Below are positions 6,480 to 15,429 of a stretch of DNA of 41,300 bases, in pieces. Source of the DNA: Planctomycetaceae bacterium (lineage in GTDB: Bacteria; Planctomycetota; Phycisphaerae; Phycisphaerales; SM1A02). The notes below the pieces were generated by a model. The model was not told where the DNA came from. It ran no database searches and saw only the letters and a list, made by a program, of their open reading frames with translations. The translations under genes were made by a program, and so were the position numbers. The stretch lies in the NCBI GenBank assembly GCA_002737585.1, contig NSIA01000077.1:1-41300 (forward strand), written 5' to 3'. Every line of letters starts with the position of its first letter. Position 1 is the stretch's first letter.

Positions 6480-9032
6480 TCAATAAGAGTTCGCCGGAAT
6501 TGAACCGGGATGCGCTGCCTCAAATGCGCGCACACGCTCGCGACATGACTCCAGTTTTTCTGCAGGAAGCGCTACTGGGTCAGCAGCGTTCCATACTTTG
6601 TACAGCTGGCACAACGCCAGTAAACCTGACGAACGACGCTTGGGGTCAATACCGAGCGGCTCAAGTAACACCCATGCCTCTTGCAAGGGCTTCTCTGCCT
6701 CGGGGTATCGCTTGGAGGCAGTCAGTGCCCGCCCGAGTGACATGCGCGCAGCAGCACTTATCCATGGATCTTGGCCAGGGACGCCATCGACAATACGAAC
6801 TGCCTCACGGCCAGCATCAACGGCTTCGGGGAGTTTGTCCTGATCACGCAAGAGACTGGCGAGATTAAGAAATGCAATCCCAGCGTCGGGAGAGTTTCCA
6901 AGATCCAACTCCGTCAGGATTTCAATTGCTTCGCGCTGGTACTTCTCGCCTTCCGCAAACTCCTTTTTGGAGCGCTTGATGAGCGCAAGACTGGCAAGAA
7001 CACTGGCACGATGCGGGTGCTTCATACCGGCAAATCGTTCCACTAAGACCAGTGCTTCGCGGGTGTGTCGCTCCGCATCATCAAACCGGCCAGCACCCCG
7101 CTCAATCTGCGAGATGTTGTGAAGATCAAACATTGCCTTATAACTGCCATCTTGACCAAGTTGACGATTGATGGCAATCGCCTCCTCGGCGGCGGCGATT
7201 CCTGCATCCATATCACCCATGATGAAGTGCACCACACCTAAATTATTCAGCGCCGACGCCAATTCTTCGGGCGGCGCGCCTGGAACCGATCGAAGGATTC
7301 GAACTGCTTCCTCTCCATTTCGCTTGGCGGATTCAATATCCGTGGCTTCGACGCGCTGCGCATCGGCGAGCGTTGAAAGCGATCGACCCCGCAATACGGC
7401 ATCATCGGCGCGGTCTGCGCAGGCAAGCGCGCGATTGGCCATTTGCACGGCGTCAACACCGCGGTTGGCGATCGCTAGACCAGCAGAGCACTGGATAGCA
7501 AGCTTGCACTCCAATGCTGGCATATCCGTGTGGCTTACTTCCAGTGCATCCATGCCGGCGCGGTACTGCAGCACGGCGTCATCCGTTCGACCAATGCCCG
7601 TGAAGGCACCGCCGATGGCATAGCGAATCTCTGCCGCTTCGCCCGGCGCCTCGCGCAGCGCTCCCTTATCCAGGTCGGCAACTGCAAGCGCTAACTGTTC
7701 GCGCACGGTGACATCTTCGCGCCCACCTTGCGCTGTTGGATCGGCACCTGCAAGAACCCCGGTCATGTACTCCAAGACACGCGCATTCTGATCGGCACGA
7801 CGTTGCGCATCGGCGCGCGCCACTTCCGCCGCATTGGCTTGACGAACTGAGAATGCCGTGGATCCAAGCAGCGCCAATGTCACCAATGCCGCCACTGCAA
7901 CGCCACGCCAATGCCGACGCGCAAATCGCAATGCACGACCGAATTGCGAAGGATGCACTGCTAGCGGTGTCTCACCATCGCTCCACCGCTTGAGATCCGC
8001 GCGCAGTTCGCCCACGGACTGGTAGCGCTCGCAGGCATCGGCGGCAATCGCTTGCATGCACACCGCATCAAGATCGCTGTCAACCGACCGTGTCGCGGGT
8101 GCAAACGCAGACGGTGCCGTTGGTGCAGTACCGCGAATGGCGGCTGCAAGTCCCGCGCGACCATGCGAGCGCAACGCATCCGTACTGCGCGGTAATCGAT
8201 CGGCAAGCAACTCATAGAGGATCGTTCCCAAGGAGAACACATCACTGCGCGTGTCCGGCGGCGCAGCGTCCGCTTGCTCGGGCGACATGTACTCCGGCGT
8301 TCCCACCAAGGCGCCCTCCACCGTGCTGGTGCCTGCGCCCATGAATGCTGCGTCTGCCAATTTAGCTACACCAAAGTCAATGACTCGCGGGCGAACCACG
8401 CCGGCATCATCAGCAACAAGCACATTTGCAGGCTTCAAATCACGGTGAATCACACCACGACGGTGTGCGTGCTCGACGGCATCACAGGCATCAGTCACCA
8501 TGCGAACCCGGCTATGCACACCAAGCGAATGTTCCCGGGCAAAGTCAGTAATCGGAAGACCAGGGACGAATGGCATGGCGAACCACGGACGACCATCGGG
8601 CAATTCCCCGGTCTCAAGCATTGCTGCAATCCCGGGGTGATCAAGCGAAGCAACCGCCTGTTGTTCCACACGAAAGCGTGCATGCGCAACGGGCGAAGCG
8701 AGCGCATCTCGCAAGATCTTCACAGCAACCAGACGCCGAACCGGATGCTCTTGGCGACCAAGGAATACATCTCCAAATCCACCCGAACCAAGTCGGTGCA
8801 ACAATACATACCGGCCAGCACTACCGTCGCCGTGCGCCATGGCGTCGCTCAGTTCAACACGCATAGCGCCCATCGCTGCATCCACACGGCCGGCACCTGC
8901 CTCAAATGCCGCCACCATCGCCATGGCAGCCGCGCGCTCCGCGGCGCTGACGTCGGCATGCGCCGTCAACCACGCAGCACGCTCTGCTGCGGGAACGTCA
9001 AGTGCGGCAAGAAAGAGGTCCTCGACAATCAT
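6480..9032 (-). CDS. Ser/Thr protein kinase with one TM helix and a long TPR C-terminal domain
   Basis: Hanks kinase motifs are present: 'LGSGGFGDVF', 'VAVKIL', 'HRDLKPANVL', 'DFGVAK' and 'GTPEYMSPEQ'. The TM helix is 'VAVAALVTLALLGSTAFSV', followed by about 400 aa of TPR-like repeats. The ATG at 9032 gives the family-typical N-terminus 'MIVEDLFLAALDVPAAERAAWL'. The ORF-track extension to 9506 is rejected. Confidence 0.9.
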   Translation of the reverse strand: MIVEDLFLAALDVPAAERAAWLTAHADVSAAERAAAMAMVAAFEAGAGRVDAAMGAMRVELSDAMAHGDGSAGRYVLLHRLGSGGFGDVFLGRQEHPVRRLVAVKILRDALASPVAHARFRVEQQAVASLDHPGIAAMLETGELPDGRPWFAMPFVPGLPITDFAREHSLGVHSRVRMVTDACDAVEHAHRRGVIHRDLKPANVLVADDAGVVRPRVIDFGVAKLADAAFMGAGTSTVEGALVGTPEYMSPEQADAAPPDTRSDVFSLGTILYELLADRLPRSTDALRSHGRAGLAAAIRGTAPTAPSAFAPATRSVDSDLDAVCMQAIAADACERYQSVGELRADLKRWSDGETPLAVHPSQFGRALRFARRHWRGVAVAALVTLALLGSTAFSVRQANAAEVARADAQRRADQNARVLEYMTGVLAGADPTAQGGREDVTVREQLALAVADLDKGALREAPGEAAEIRYAIGGAFTGIGRTDDAVLQYRAGMDALEVSHTDMPALECKLAIQCSAGLAIANRGVDAVQMANRALACADRADDAVLRGRSLSTLADAQRVEATDIESAKRNGEEAVRILRSVPGAPPEELASALNNLGVVHFIMGDMDAGIAAAEEAIAINRQLGQDGSYKAMFDLHNISQIERGAGRFDDAERHTREALVLVERFAGMKHPHRASVLASLALIKRSKKEFAEGEKYQREAIEILTELDLGNSPDAGIAFLNLASLLRDQDKLPEAVDAGREAVRIVDGVPGQDPWISAAARMSLGRALTASKRYPEAEKPLQEAWVLLEPLGIDPKRRSSGLLALCQLYKVWNAADPVALPAEKLESCRERVRAFEAAHPGSIPANSY

Positions 9033-9176
9033 GGTGCGAGGCGCTGAACTCCCGGTAGGCGAAGAATTGTTCTGAAGTTGCACGGAGAAAGTGTAAGCCG
9101 CGGCACGCACCCCCTGCACACACATGTCATCGCTACGATGATTGCCCATACTGTCCCACGAAGCACCGACGGCTAC

Positions 9177-9248
9177 GCCCAAGAACAAGCCCAAGAACAA
9201 GCCAAAGAACAAGCCCACAAACATGCCCAAGACCAAGCCAGCCTCCAT
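9177..9248. repeat. 12-nt tandem repeat, GCCCAAGAACAA x3 near-perfect plus 3 degenerate units
   Basis: Read directly from the sequence: GCCCAAGAACAA / GCCCAAGAACAA / GCCAAAGAACAA / GCCCACAAACAT / GCCCAAGACCAA / GCCAGCCTCCAT. It lies in the divergent region between the kinase start (9032) and fumC. Confidence 0.9.
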
Positions 9249-10728
9249 GTCAAAGCGCACCAAGAAGACCGCATCCACGACGTCCGCGCTACCGCACACC
9301 CGTATCGAGTCCGACAGCATGGGCGAGATGCATGTCCACCACGAACTACTGCACGGCGCCACCACGCAGCGCGCTGTGTTGAACTTCCCGGTGAGCGGCC
9401 GACCATTGCCGCCGCAAGTGATTGCTTCATATCTGGAACTCAAGCGCGCGTGTGCGCAGGCGAACCTGAAGCTTGGTGAATTGAAGCGTGCGAAAGCAAA
9501 CGACATTGTTGAATCATGCGAGCGCCTGCTTGAAGACTTTGCGGATCGCCGCGGGCAAGTGATGCGGCACTTTCCGATTGATGTCTTTCAGACTGGTTCC
9601 GGCACCAGCACCAACATGAATGTCAATGAGGTGATCGCAAACACCGCCAGTGTCATGCGCGGTAAGGCGATCGGCTCCAAAGAACCGCTGCATCCAAATG
9701 ATGATGTCAACTACGGGCAGAGTTCAAACGACACATTCCCCACTGCCATGCAAGTGGCTGGCGCGGTTGCCATTCATGAGCAATTGGTGCCCGCACTGAA
9801 GCGCTTGCATCGCGCCCTTGATGCCAAGGCCAAGGCGTGGGACAAGCACGTGAAGATCGGTCGCACCCACTTAATGGACGCTACGCCCATCCGCGTCGGC
9901 CAAGAATTTGGCGGCTACGCAGCAGCCATTGCCTACGCCGTTGCGCGCGCAGAATTGGCGCGCGACGTTCTCGCGCGCAACCTACCGATCGGTGGCACCG
10001 CGGTCGGAACAGGCATCAACGCCAATCCAAAATTCGGTCGCACGGTCAGTGCAATTCTCAGCAAAGAACTGGGCATCACCTTTACTGAAGCAGCCAACCA
10101 TTTCGAAGCACAGGCCACCCGCGACTGCGTGGTGGAAGCAAGTGGCATGCTCAAGACCATCGCGGTCAGTCTGAGCAAGATCGCCAATGACATTCGCTGG
10201 CTTGGTAGTGGGCCACGCTGCGGACTTGGAGAACTCATGCTCCCTGCCACGCAACCCGGCAGCAGCATCATGCCCGGCAAGATCAACCCGGTCATTTGCG
10301 AAAGCGTCATGATGGTGGCGTGCCGCGTGGTTGGCAATGACGCGTGCATCACCCTCGGCGGATTCGGCGGCATTGGCAGTCTGTTGGAACTCAATGTTGC
10401 CATGCCGATGATCGCTGACAGCCTGTGCGAATCCATTGACTTGCTGGCGAACGCCTGTGACATGTTCCGCGACAAGTGCATCGAAGGCTTGGAACTTCAC
10501 CCGGATGCTTCAAAGACTGTGGAGCGCAGCCTGATGATGGTCACTAGCCTGGCACCGGTGATCGGCTACGACAACGCCGCCAAGGCCGCCAAGGAGGCGT
10601 ACAAGAGCGGCGAAACCATCCGCGCGTACGTGCTCCGAAACAAGATGGTGGAGCCGAAGTTGCTCGATCGCTTGCTCGACCCCACCTCGATGACCAAGCC
10701 GGGCGGCAAGGGCCCGGGCGGCGGGTAA
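9247..10728 (+). CDS. fumC: Class II fumarate hydratase
   Basis: 'RIESDSMGEMHV...GATTQRA', 'FQTGSGTSTNMNVNEV', 'HPNDDVNYGQSSNDTFPTA' and the 'GSSIMPGKINP' signature are all present. The start is uncertain. ATG 9247 gives a normal length, while ATG 9223 or TTG 9142 would add a Lys/Pro-rich repeat extension. Confidence 0.9.
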   Translation: MSKRTKKTASTTSALPHTRIESDSMGEMHVHHELLHGATTQRAVLNFPVSGRPLPPQVIASYLELKRACAQANLKLGELKRAKANDIVESCERLLEDFADRRGQVMRHFPIDVFQTGSGTSTNMNVNEVIANTASVMRGKAIGSKEPLHPNDDVNYGQSSNDTFPTAMQVAGAVAIHEQLVPALKRLHRALDAKAKAWDKHVKIGRTHLMDATPIRVGQEFGGYAAAIAYAVARAELARDVLARNLPIGGTAVGTGINANPKFGRTVSAILSKELGITFTEAANHFEAQATRDCVVEASGMLKTIAVSLSKIANDIRWLGSGPRCGLGELMLPATQPGSSIMPGKINPVICESVMMVACRVVGNDACITLGGFGGIGSLLELNVAMPMIADSLCESIDLLANACDMFRDKCIEGLELHPDASKTVERSLMMVTSLAPVIGYDNAAKAAKEAYKSGETIRAYVLRNKMVEPKLLDRLLDPTSMTKPGGKGPGGG

Positions 10729-10828
10729 AGGGCAACATCGGGCCTCTGAAGCTCGTTGGAGCCGGCACTATCGGACGAATTCTGGACCGATCTACGGTTT
10801 CGTAGGAATATCGGGCGGCTTCCGTTTG

Positions 10829-10860
10829 CCCCGGGCCGTTCCGGGGTTACTTTCTTTCTG
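10829..10860 (+). terminator. Possible intrinsic terminator downstream of fumC
   Basis: CCCCGG-GCCGTT-CCGGGG forms a hairpin followed by TTACTTTCTTTCT. The stem is only 6 bp. Confidence 0.35.
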
Positions 10861-10926
10861 CTGTGCCTCACGGTTGCGGCTCGTTTCATTACCAGAAGCG
10901 GTCATCACGGAAGGAAAGGTCTCGCT

Positions 10927-11691
10927 ATGCGTTTATTCGCAGCGTCAGTCTTGATCATTGTTGCAGCAAGTCCGGCGTTGGCGCAATCAACTCAGATCGC
11001 GCAGAATCTGCCGTTCCCAGCCGTATACGACCCCACCAGTGGGTATGACGTTCAAGACGGAACCTTCTCCGACGCGCTGCAGAGTGACGGTAGTTACTTC
11101 TACTCGCAGGCGATCGGGCAAAGCTTCAGCGTTGGTAGCGGTCAGTCATCCACCATTACCGATGTCTCGTTCTGGGGTTCATCGGAGTACCTCCAGTCCA
11201 GCACTCCGTGGAACCAGACGGTTCTGAGTAGCAACATCATCAGCATGCAGATTGCCATTCTCCGCACTGATACCGGGACTTCAGACTTTCCGATCGTGCA
11301 CAGTTGGACGATTCAGACCGGGCAATTCTCGCAGGTTCTGACTGGCAATTACACAGCCGAAACATTCAGCCCGGTGTTCCGGCTCTCGACCGTCTTGGCA
11401 GGCAACTTCACGCTCAACGCTGGCAACTACATGATCACCATCGGCGGGGTTCTCAATAACCCAGATGGTGATTCATTCGCATGGACTGACGGTCTTGCGG
11501 ACGGATCCGTGCCCGCTACCCAGGCCTACGCAACAGTTGGCGACACGCCAACCGAATGGGGGACATGGATTCCCATATCCGACGGCACCTCCGGAGCATT
11601 TGAACTGAATGGCGTCACCGTACCAGCTCCAGGAGCCGTGGCGCTTCTTGCAATGGCAGGACTGCGCGGACGACGCCGGCGCGGTATGTAA
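10927..11691 (+). CDS. Secreted PEP-CTERM-type sorting-domain protein, function unknown
   Basis: The ATG at 10927 follows GGAAGGAAAGG. The signal peptide is 'MRLFAASVLIIVAASPALAQ'. The body is Ser/Thr/Gly-rich. The C-terminus 'VPAPGAVALLAMAGLRGRRRRGM' has the motif, TM helix and Arg cluster of a PEP-CTERM tail. Confidence 0.75.
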   Translation: MRLFAASVLIIVAASPALAQSTQIAQNLPFPAVYDPTSGYDVQDGTFSDALQSDGSYFYSQAIGQSFSVGSGQSSTITDVSFWGSSEYLQSSTPWNQTVLSSNIISMQIAILRTDTGTSDFPIVHSWTIQTGQFSQVLTGNYTAETFSPVFRLSTVLAGNFTLNAGNYMITIGGVLNNPDGDSFAWTDGLADGSVPATQAYATVGDTPTEWGTWIPISDGTSGAFELNGVTVPAPGAVALLAMAGLRGRRRRGM

Positions 11692-11732
11692 CACAACACT
11701 CTGAATCTCGGCGCAATGCGTCGATTGATCCC

Positions 11733-11784
11733 CTCGGGCGCTTGCCGGTCATCGTTTACCACTGGCAGGCGCCCGAGTGTTTTT
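11733..11784. terminator. Strong hairpin terminator between the convergent PEP-CTERM gene and folP
   Basis: A 16-bp stem, CTCGGGCGCTTGCCGG / CTGGCAGGCGCCCGAG (two G.U pairs), has a 13-nt loop. It is followed by TGTTTTT on the + strand. Confidence 0.7.
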
Positions 11785-11786
11785 AG

Positions 11787-12662
11787 TCAGTATTTCTTGC
11801 GTAAAGCAGACCACGCGGCGAGCGCGTGCGCGTGATCACGCACCGCGTGAACCCGGAGAATTGCTGCGCCGTTCGATGCCGCCACCAGCGCCGCACCCAC
11901 CGATGCAGCATCCCGCTGCGCCGGATCAGGCTCAGCAGTGATGGCACCAAGAAAGCTCTTACGACTTGCTCCTACCAGTACCGGAACACCAAGTTCTGCA
12001 AACTCCTGCAGCCGTGCAATCAGTGCTAGGTTCTGCTGCACATCTTTTCCAAATCCAAGACCTGGGTCAACAGCGATACGGTCGCGCGGCATTCCCGCTT
12101 TCAGTACTGCTGCCACGCGGGCGCCAAGCCAGTCACGCACGTCATGCACCACATCGGTGTACGTCCGACGAGCGTCGTATTCGGTGCTCCAACGATCGGA
12201 GTCTGGAGATGCCAAGCGATGCATGAGAATGATGGCTGCACCCGCAGCACAGGCAACGTCCACGATTTCTGGATCATCAAGCGCGGCGCTCACGTCGTTC
12301 ACTATGCAGGCGCCAGCGGCGAGCGCTGCGCGCGCCACTTCTGCTCGCGTTGTGTCAATGGAAACTGGGCCAAGCGTTGCCAATGCCGCGATCACTGGCT
12401 GAGTGCGTGCAATCTGCTCGGCGATATCCACGCGCGCTGCACCCGGGCGAGTGGACTCACCGCCAACATCCAAGATGCCCGCACCTTCATGAATGCAGCG
12501 CTGCCCGTGCGAAATTGCTGCATCGAGTGAAGAATGAACTCCGCCATCACTGAAACTATCCGGCGTGGTGTTCAACACCGCCATCAGTACCGGCGCTGTT
12601 TCACTGCCCCATGCAAAGCGGTGCGAGCGCGCCACCAAGACGCCGCCGCCCGCTGTGCTCAT
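11787..12662 (-). CDS. folP: Dihydropteroate synthase
   Basis: 'MAVLNTTPDSFSDGG', 'ILDVGGESTRPGA', 'SIDTT', 'IVNDVS' and 'DPGLGFGK...GASRKSFLG' are canonical DHPS motifs. Its ATG overlaps the upstream stop as ATGA. Confidence 0.9.
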   Translation of the reverse strand: MSTAGGGVLVARSHRFAWGSETAPVLMAVLNTTPDSFSDGGVHSSLDAAISHGQRCIHEGAGILDVGGESTRPGAARVDIAEQIARTQPVIAALATLGPVSIDTTRAEVARAALAAGACIVNDVSAALDDPEIVDVACAAGAAIILMHRLASPDSDRWSTEYDARRTYTDVVHDVRDWLGARVAAVLKAGMPRDRIAVDPGLGFGKDVQQNLALIARLQEFAELGVPVLVGASRKSFLGAITAEPDPAQRDAASVGAALVAASNGAAILRVHAVRDHAHALAAWSALRKKY

Positions 12663-14407
12663 TGCCGCGCCTGCGACTTTGCTGCATCAAATGCAACACC
12701 AAGTACGCCGGATGGAACCACCACCGCAAACTCCCACGTGGCATCGCGCGACCGGGTCGCCATGGCGATTGGCTCAAGCCCTTCGGGCGCAATCGGCAGC
12801 ATTTCCACTGCACCACCAGGGATCGATTCCGCTACTTGCCGCGCTGCAGTCAACAGTTGCCCAACACCAATGAAGAGAACCGCATCAGCGTCAGGGACAA
12901 GCCATGGTGACATGGCGCGCACCATGCCATTCGTTGCAAGGGTCTTCTTACTATTGGCAGTTGCAGCCAAACATGCGCGATCCAACACATCGGTCCGCTG
13001 GCTGTAGGTGACCACCAGCGCGCCGGGTAGCTCGCGTGCAAATCCGTGCAGTCCACGGCTACTCACAATGAATTGCTTGATGAGCCGCTCCATGAAATCA
13101 CCGCCTGGACCCGTCACCACTTCCTTGACTGCAAAGGCAGAGACGGTTGAGCCATCCTTCAATTGCCGCGCTTCTTCCCAGGTCGGCTCGCTGCGAATGC
13201 CGTTGATTTCACCAGTCTGCGACTCGACCCATGACTTGAGCGCGCCCTTGACCGCCGCGGTGTCTTTGGTCACCACTACAAACGACGCGTCATTGAGAAT
13301 TCCGCCCACTGCAATGCCCAACCGGCTTGGATACGCGGCCGCTTGCACCTGATCGACCTTGTCTTGAACCGTGTCGAGCCACGGCGGCAGAGCCAGGCGC
13401 TCACTCCCAGGCACGGTGGCTAAGAACGAACGAACACGCGCGGCTCCACCCATCGCTACCAGGTCGATGCCGGCGGCGCCATAGAAGGCGGCATCGGGAA
13501 GCCGACCGAGCAATGCGGTGACGTCCTGCATCTGCGCGGTGCCGGTAGGGATGGCCTTTGCAACATCGCCTTCGGGGTCGAATCGGGCGTAAGCGCGAAT
13601 TCCAACTGCAAGCGCATCGAAATCGATGGCGAACACGGCGTCGGTCACTTGCGCAAGAATCTGCGCTCCGCGCTCCCGACTCTTGCCAATGGTCTCAAGC
13701 GCTGCTGCTGGCGCTGCCTCGGGCTCATTGCCACGCGGCAACATATTGGCAGCGGTGATGTCAAGCTCGCCAGCTTTGCGCGCAAGATCAGCGAGTGACT
13801 TCATCACCGGCGCCGATGCCCAAGAGAAACAATCGCTCATACGAATGATTTCCATCCCACGCCTGCCAACGCGTGTGGCCAACGTTGCCGCGAAACCATC
13901 CTTGGGCGCCCAAGTGGCGAGCGAGTCAGGCGCATCGGCCACCAAGACGTGGCTTGCGGTCTTTCGAATCCATAACGCGCGGGGCGCAGTGCGCGCGCGC
14001 ATCGCGCCGGTTCCGAGTTCGGGGGCGTCAATAAACGTTGCGGCAACAAAGGCGTCTGCATCAGTCACCGGAAACGCTGCAATGTTGGTGAAGCCGGTTG
14101 CACGTGGCGCGGCCCATGCAACACATGCGCCTCGATCATCAAAGCCCGCACCGATACCAAGTTGCGCTTTCAAGAGGTCGATGGGCCGGCCACCCAGCGC
14201 AGCCTCAGCTTTGCCCATTCGATCAATTGCCAACTGCAAATCGTCGCTCGCACCCTTGACGCTTGGAATCACTAGCGCTCCAGCGGCGTCGGCGGGCACC
14301 AGACGAAGCGCGTCTTCAAGCGCCCCAGCAAAGGTAGCGGCGGAAACAGACAGCACAGCAAGCACCGCGGTGAGTCGCGGGCGGAGGCAGAATGGAATCA
14401 GATGCAT
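12659..14407 (-). CDS. Hypothetical exported protein (582 aa), no motif I can name
   Basis: The ATG at 14407 leads into the signal peptide 'RLTAVLAVLSVSAATFAGA'. Amino-acid composition is balanced, unlike the Ala/Arg/Ser-rich antisense ORF 13626..14486. The gene lies 4 nt after gpx and overlaps folP by 4 nt. Confidence 0.7.
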   Translation of the reverse strand: MHLIPFCLRPRLTAVLAVLSVSAATFAGALEDALRLVPADAAGALVIPSVKGASDDLQLAIDRMGKAEAALGGRPIDLLKAQLGIGAGFDDRGACVAWAAPRATGFTNIAAFPVTDADAFVAATFIDAPELGTGAMRARTAPRALWIRKTASHVLVADAPDSLATWAPKDGFAATLATRVGRRGMEIIRMSDCFSWASAPVMKSLADLARKAGELDITAANMLPRGNEPEAAPAAALETIGKSRERGAQILAQVTDAVFAIDFDALAVGIRAYARFDPEGDVAKAIPTGTAQMQDVTALLGRLPDAAFYGAAGIDLVAMGGAARVRSFLATVPGSERLALPPWLDTVQDKVDQVQAAAYPSRLGIAVGGILNDASFVVVTKDTAAVKGALKSWVESQTGEINGIRSEPTWEEARQLKDGSTVSAFAVKEVVTGPGGDFMERLIKQFIVSSRGLHGFARELPGALVVTYSQRTDVLDRACLAATANSKKTLATNGMVRAMSPWLVPDADAVLFIGVGQLLTAARQVAESIPGGAVEMLPIAPEGLEPIAMATRSRDATWEFAVVVPSGVLGVAFDAAKSQARQ

Positions 14408-14411
14408 GCGA

Positions 14412-14999
14412 TCAGGATACGGGCTTCACAGCCAGGGCTTGCTCGATGGCTTTGCGGAGTTCCTCGCCCGTTGGCTTCACGCCTGAGCCATAGAACGCAA
14501 CCGGTTTGCCATCCTTGCCAACCACGTACTTGCCGAAGTTCCAGCTTGGCAATTTGCCGGTACCAGCGCTGAGAAACGCATAAATCTCGCTCTGACCTTC
14601 CCCGGCTTTGGTCTGCACCTTCGACATCATTGGGAAAGTGACGCTGTACGTCTTTGAGCAGAAATCGCGGATCTCAGAGGCGGAGCCAGGCTCCTGCCCA
14701 CCAAAGTCATTGCAGGGGAATCCAATCACTACGAGACCCTTGTCTTTGAATTCCTTCCAGACGGTTTCCAATTCCGCGTACTGCGGGGTGTAGCCACATC
14801 GGCTCGCCACATTCACCACCAGCACCACCTTGCCCTTGTACATGTCAAGGTCCACGGCGGTGCCATCAAGCGCGGTGGTCTTGAATGAATACAAACTGGT
14901 GCCCTTCGCTGCCGCCGGCGGAGCTACGGCCTGACCTGCGCCAAAGCCCGTCAACAAGGAGACAACACCGAGTGCGGACGCGATCATCTTTTTGGTCAT
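14412..14999 (-). CDS. Glutathione peroxidase (Cys type) with an N-terminal signal peptide
   Basis: 'VVLVVNVASRCGYTPQY...L', 'GFPCNDFGGQEPG' and 'WNFGKYVV' are GPx signatures. The active site is Cys, not Sec. The ATG at 14999 gives 'MTKKMIASALGVVSLLTGFGAGQA'; ATG 14987 is an alternative. Confidence 0.9.
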   Translation of the reverse strand: MTKKMIASALGVVSLLTGFGAGQAVAPPAAAKGTSLYSFKTTALDGTAVDLDMYKGKVVLVVNVASRCGYTPQYAELETVWKEFKDKGLVVIGFPCNDFGGQEPGSASEIRDFCSKTYSVTFPMMSKVQTKAGEGQSEIYAFLSAGTGKLPSWNFGKYVVGKDGKPVAFYGSGVKPTGEELRKAIEQALAVKPVS

Positions 15000-15429
15000 G
15001 TGGTTCGAATCGTGAGGGGAGAGGGGGAGGAGCGGGATCAGAACGTACTGGGGGCCGTGATTCCGGTGGAAGTCCACGGGCAATCGCCTACACTTCCTTG
15101 GATCAGTAGCAATGCGCTCATACTAGGCAGTTCAACCGTGTTCCGATCAGTGCCATCAGCGAGCTGCGCGGCGTACGCCGGTCGGAAGACGGCGGAGGAT
15201 CGCTACCAAACCTGTTCAAGACGAGTGTAATAACCTTGCAAATTCAGGGCTCGTGAGAAACAAACCGCGACTAGCCGCCGATTATCTAACGATTGCTACG
15301 GTTACTCCGTCTGCTACTACTCATATTAAGCAAAGTTCTGATTTCAATCAAGATTCCTTGAGGGGTTCATCCGCGGAATGCGCGTTGTATCCGGGGGAAA
15401 GAGTAATTCTCTGACAACGCCATGCGAGC

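Noticed and set aside
9142-9246. FumC starting at the TTG at 9142, with a 35-aa 'PKNKPKNKPKNKP' tail, as given in the ORF track.
   Set aside because: I did not adopt this as the primary model. Homology to class II fumarases begins much later, and two in-frame ATGs (9223 and 9247) give normal lengths. It is kept as an open possibility in the findings.
9033-9506. The N-terminal 158-aa extension of the kinase ORF, including the hydrophobic 'GLFFGLFLGLFLG' stretch.
   Set aside because: The hydrophobic stretch is only the reverse-complement reading of the 12-nt tandem repeat. The extension overlaps the fumC 5' region. Family-typical kinase sequence starts at the ATG at 9032.
14412-14999. A possible selenocysteine in the glutathione peroxidase active site.
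   Set aside because: The catalytic position reads as Cys ('VASRCGYT') in an uninterrupted ORF. There is no in-frame TGA and no need for a SECIS element.
15065-15081. GGTGGAAGTCCACGGGC, which resembles the RNase P RNA 'GGAAAGUCCGGGC' P4 motif, in a gene-free region.
   Set aside because: The other universally conserved RNase P elements are absent from the surrounding 430 bp, for example the 3' ACAGAACCCGGCUUA-type P4 strand and the P1 pairing. This is an isolated chance match.
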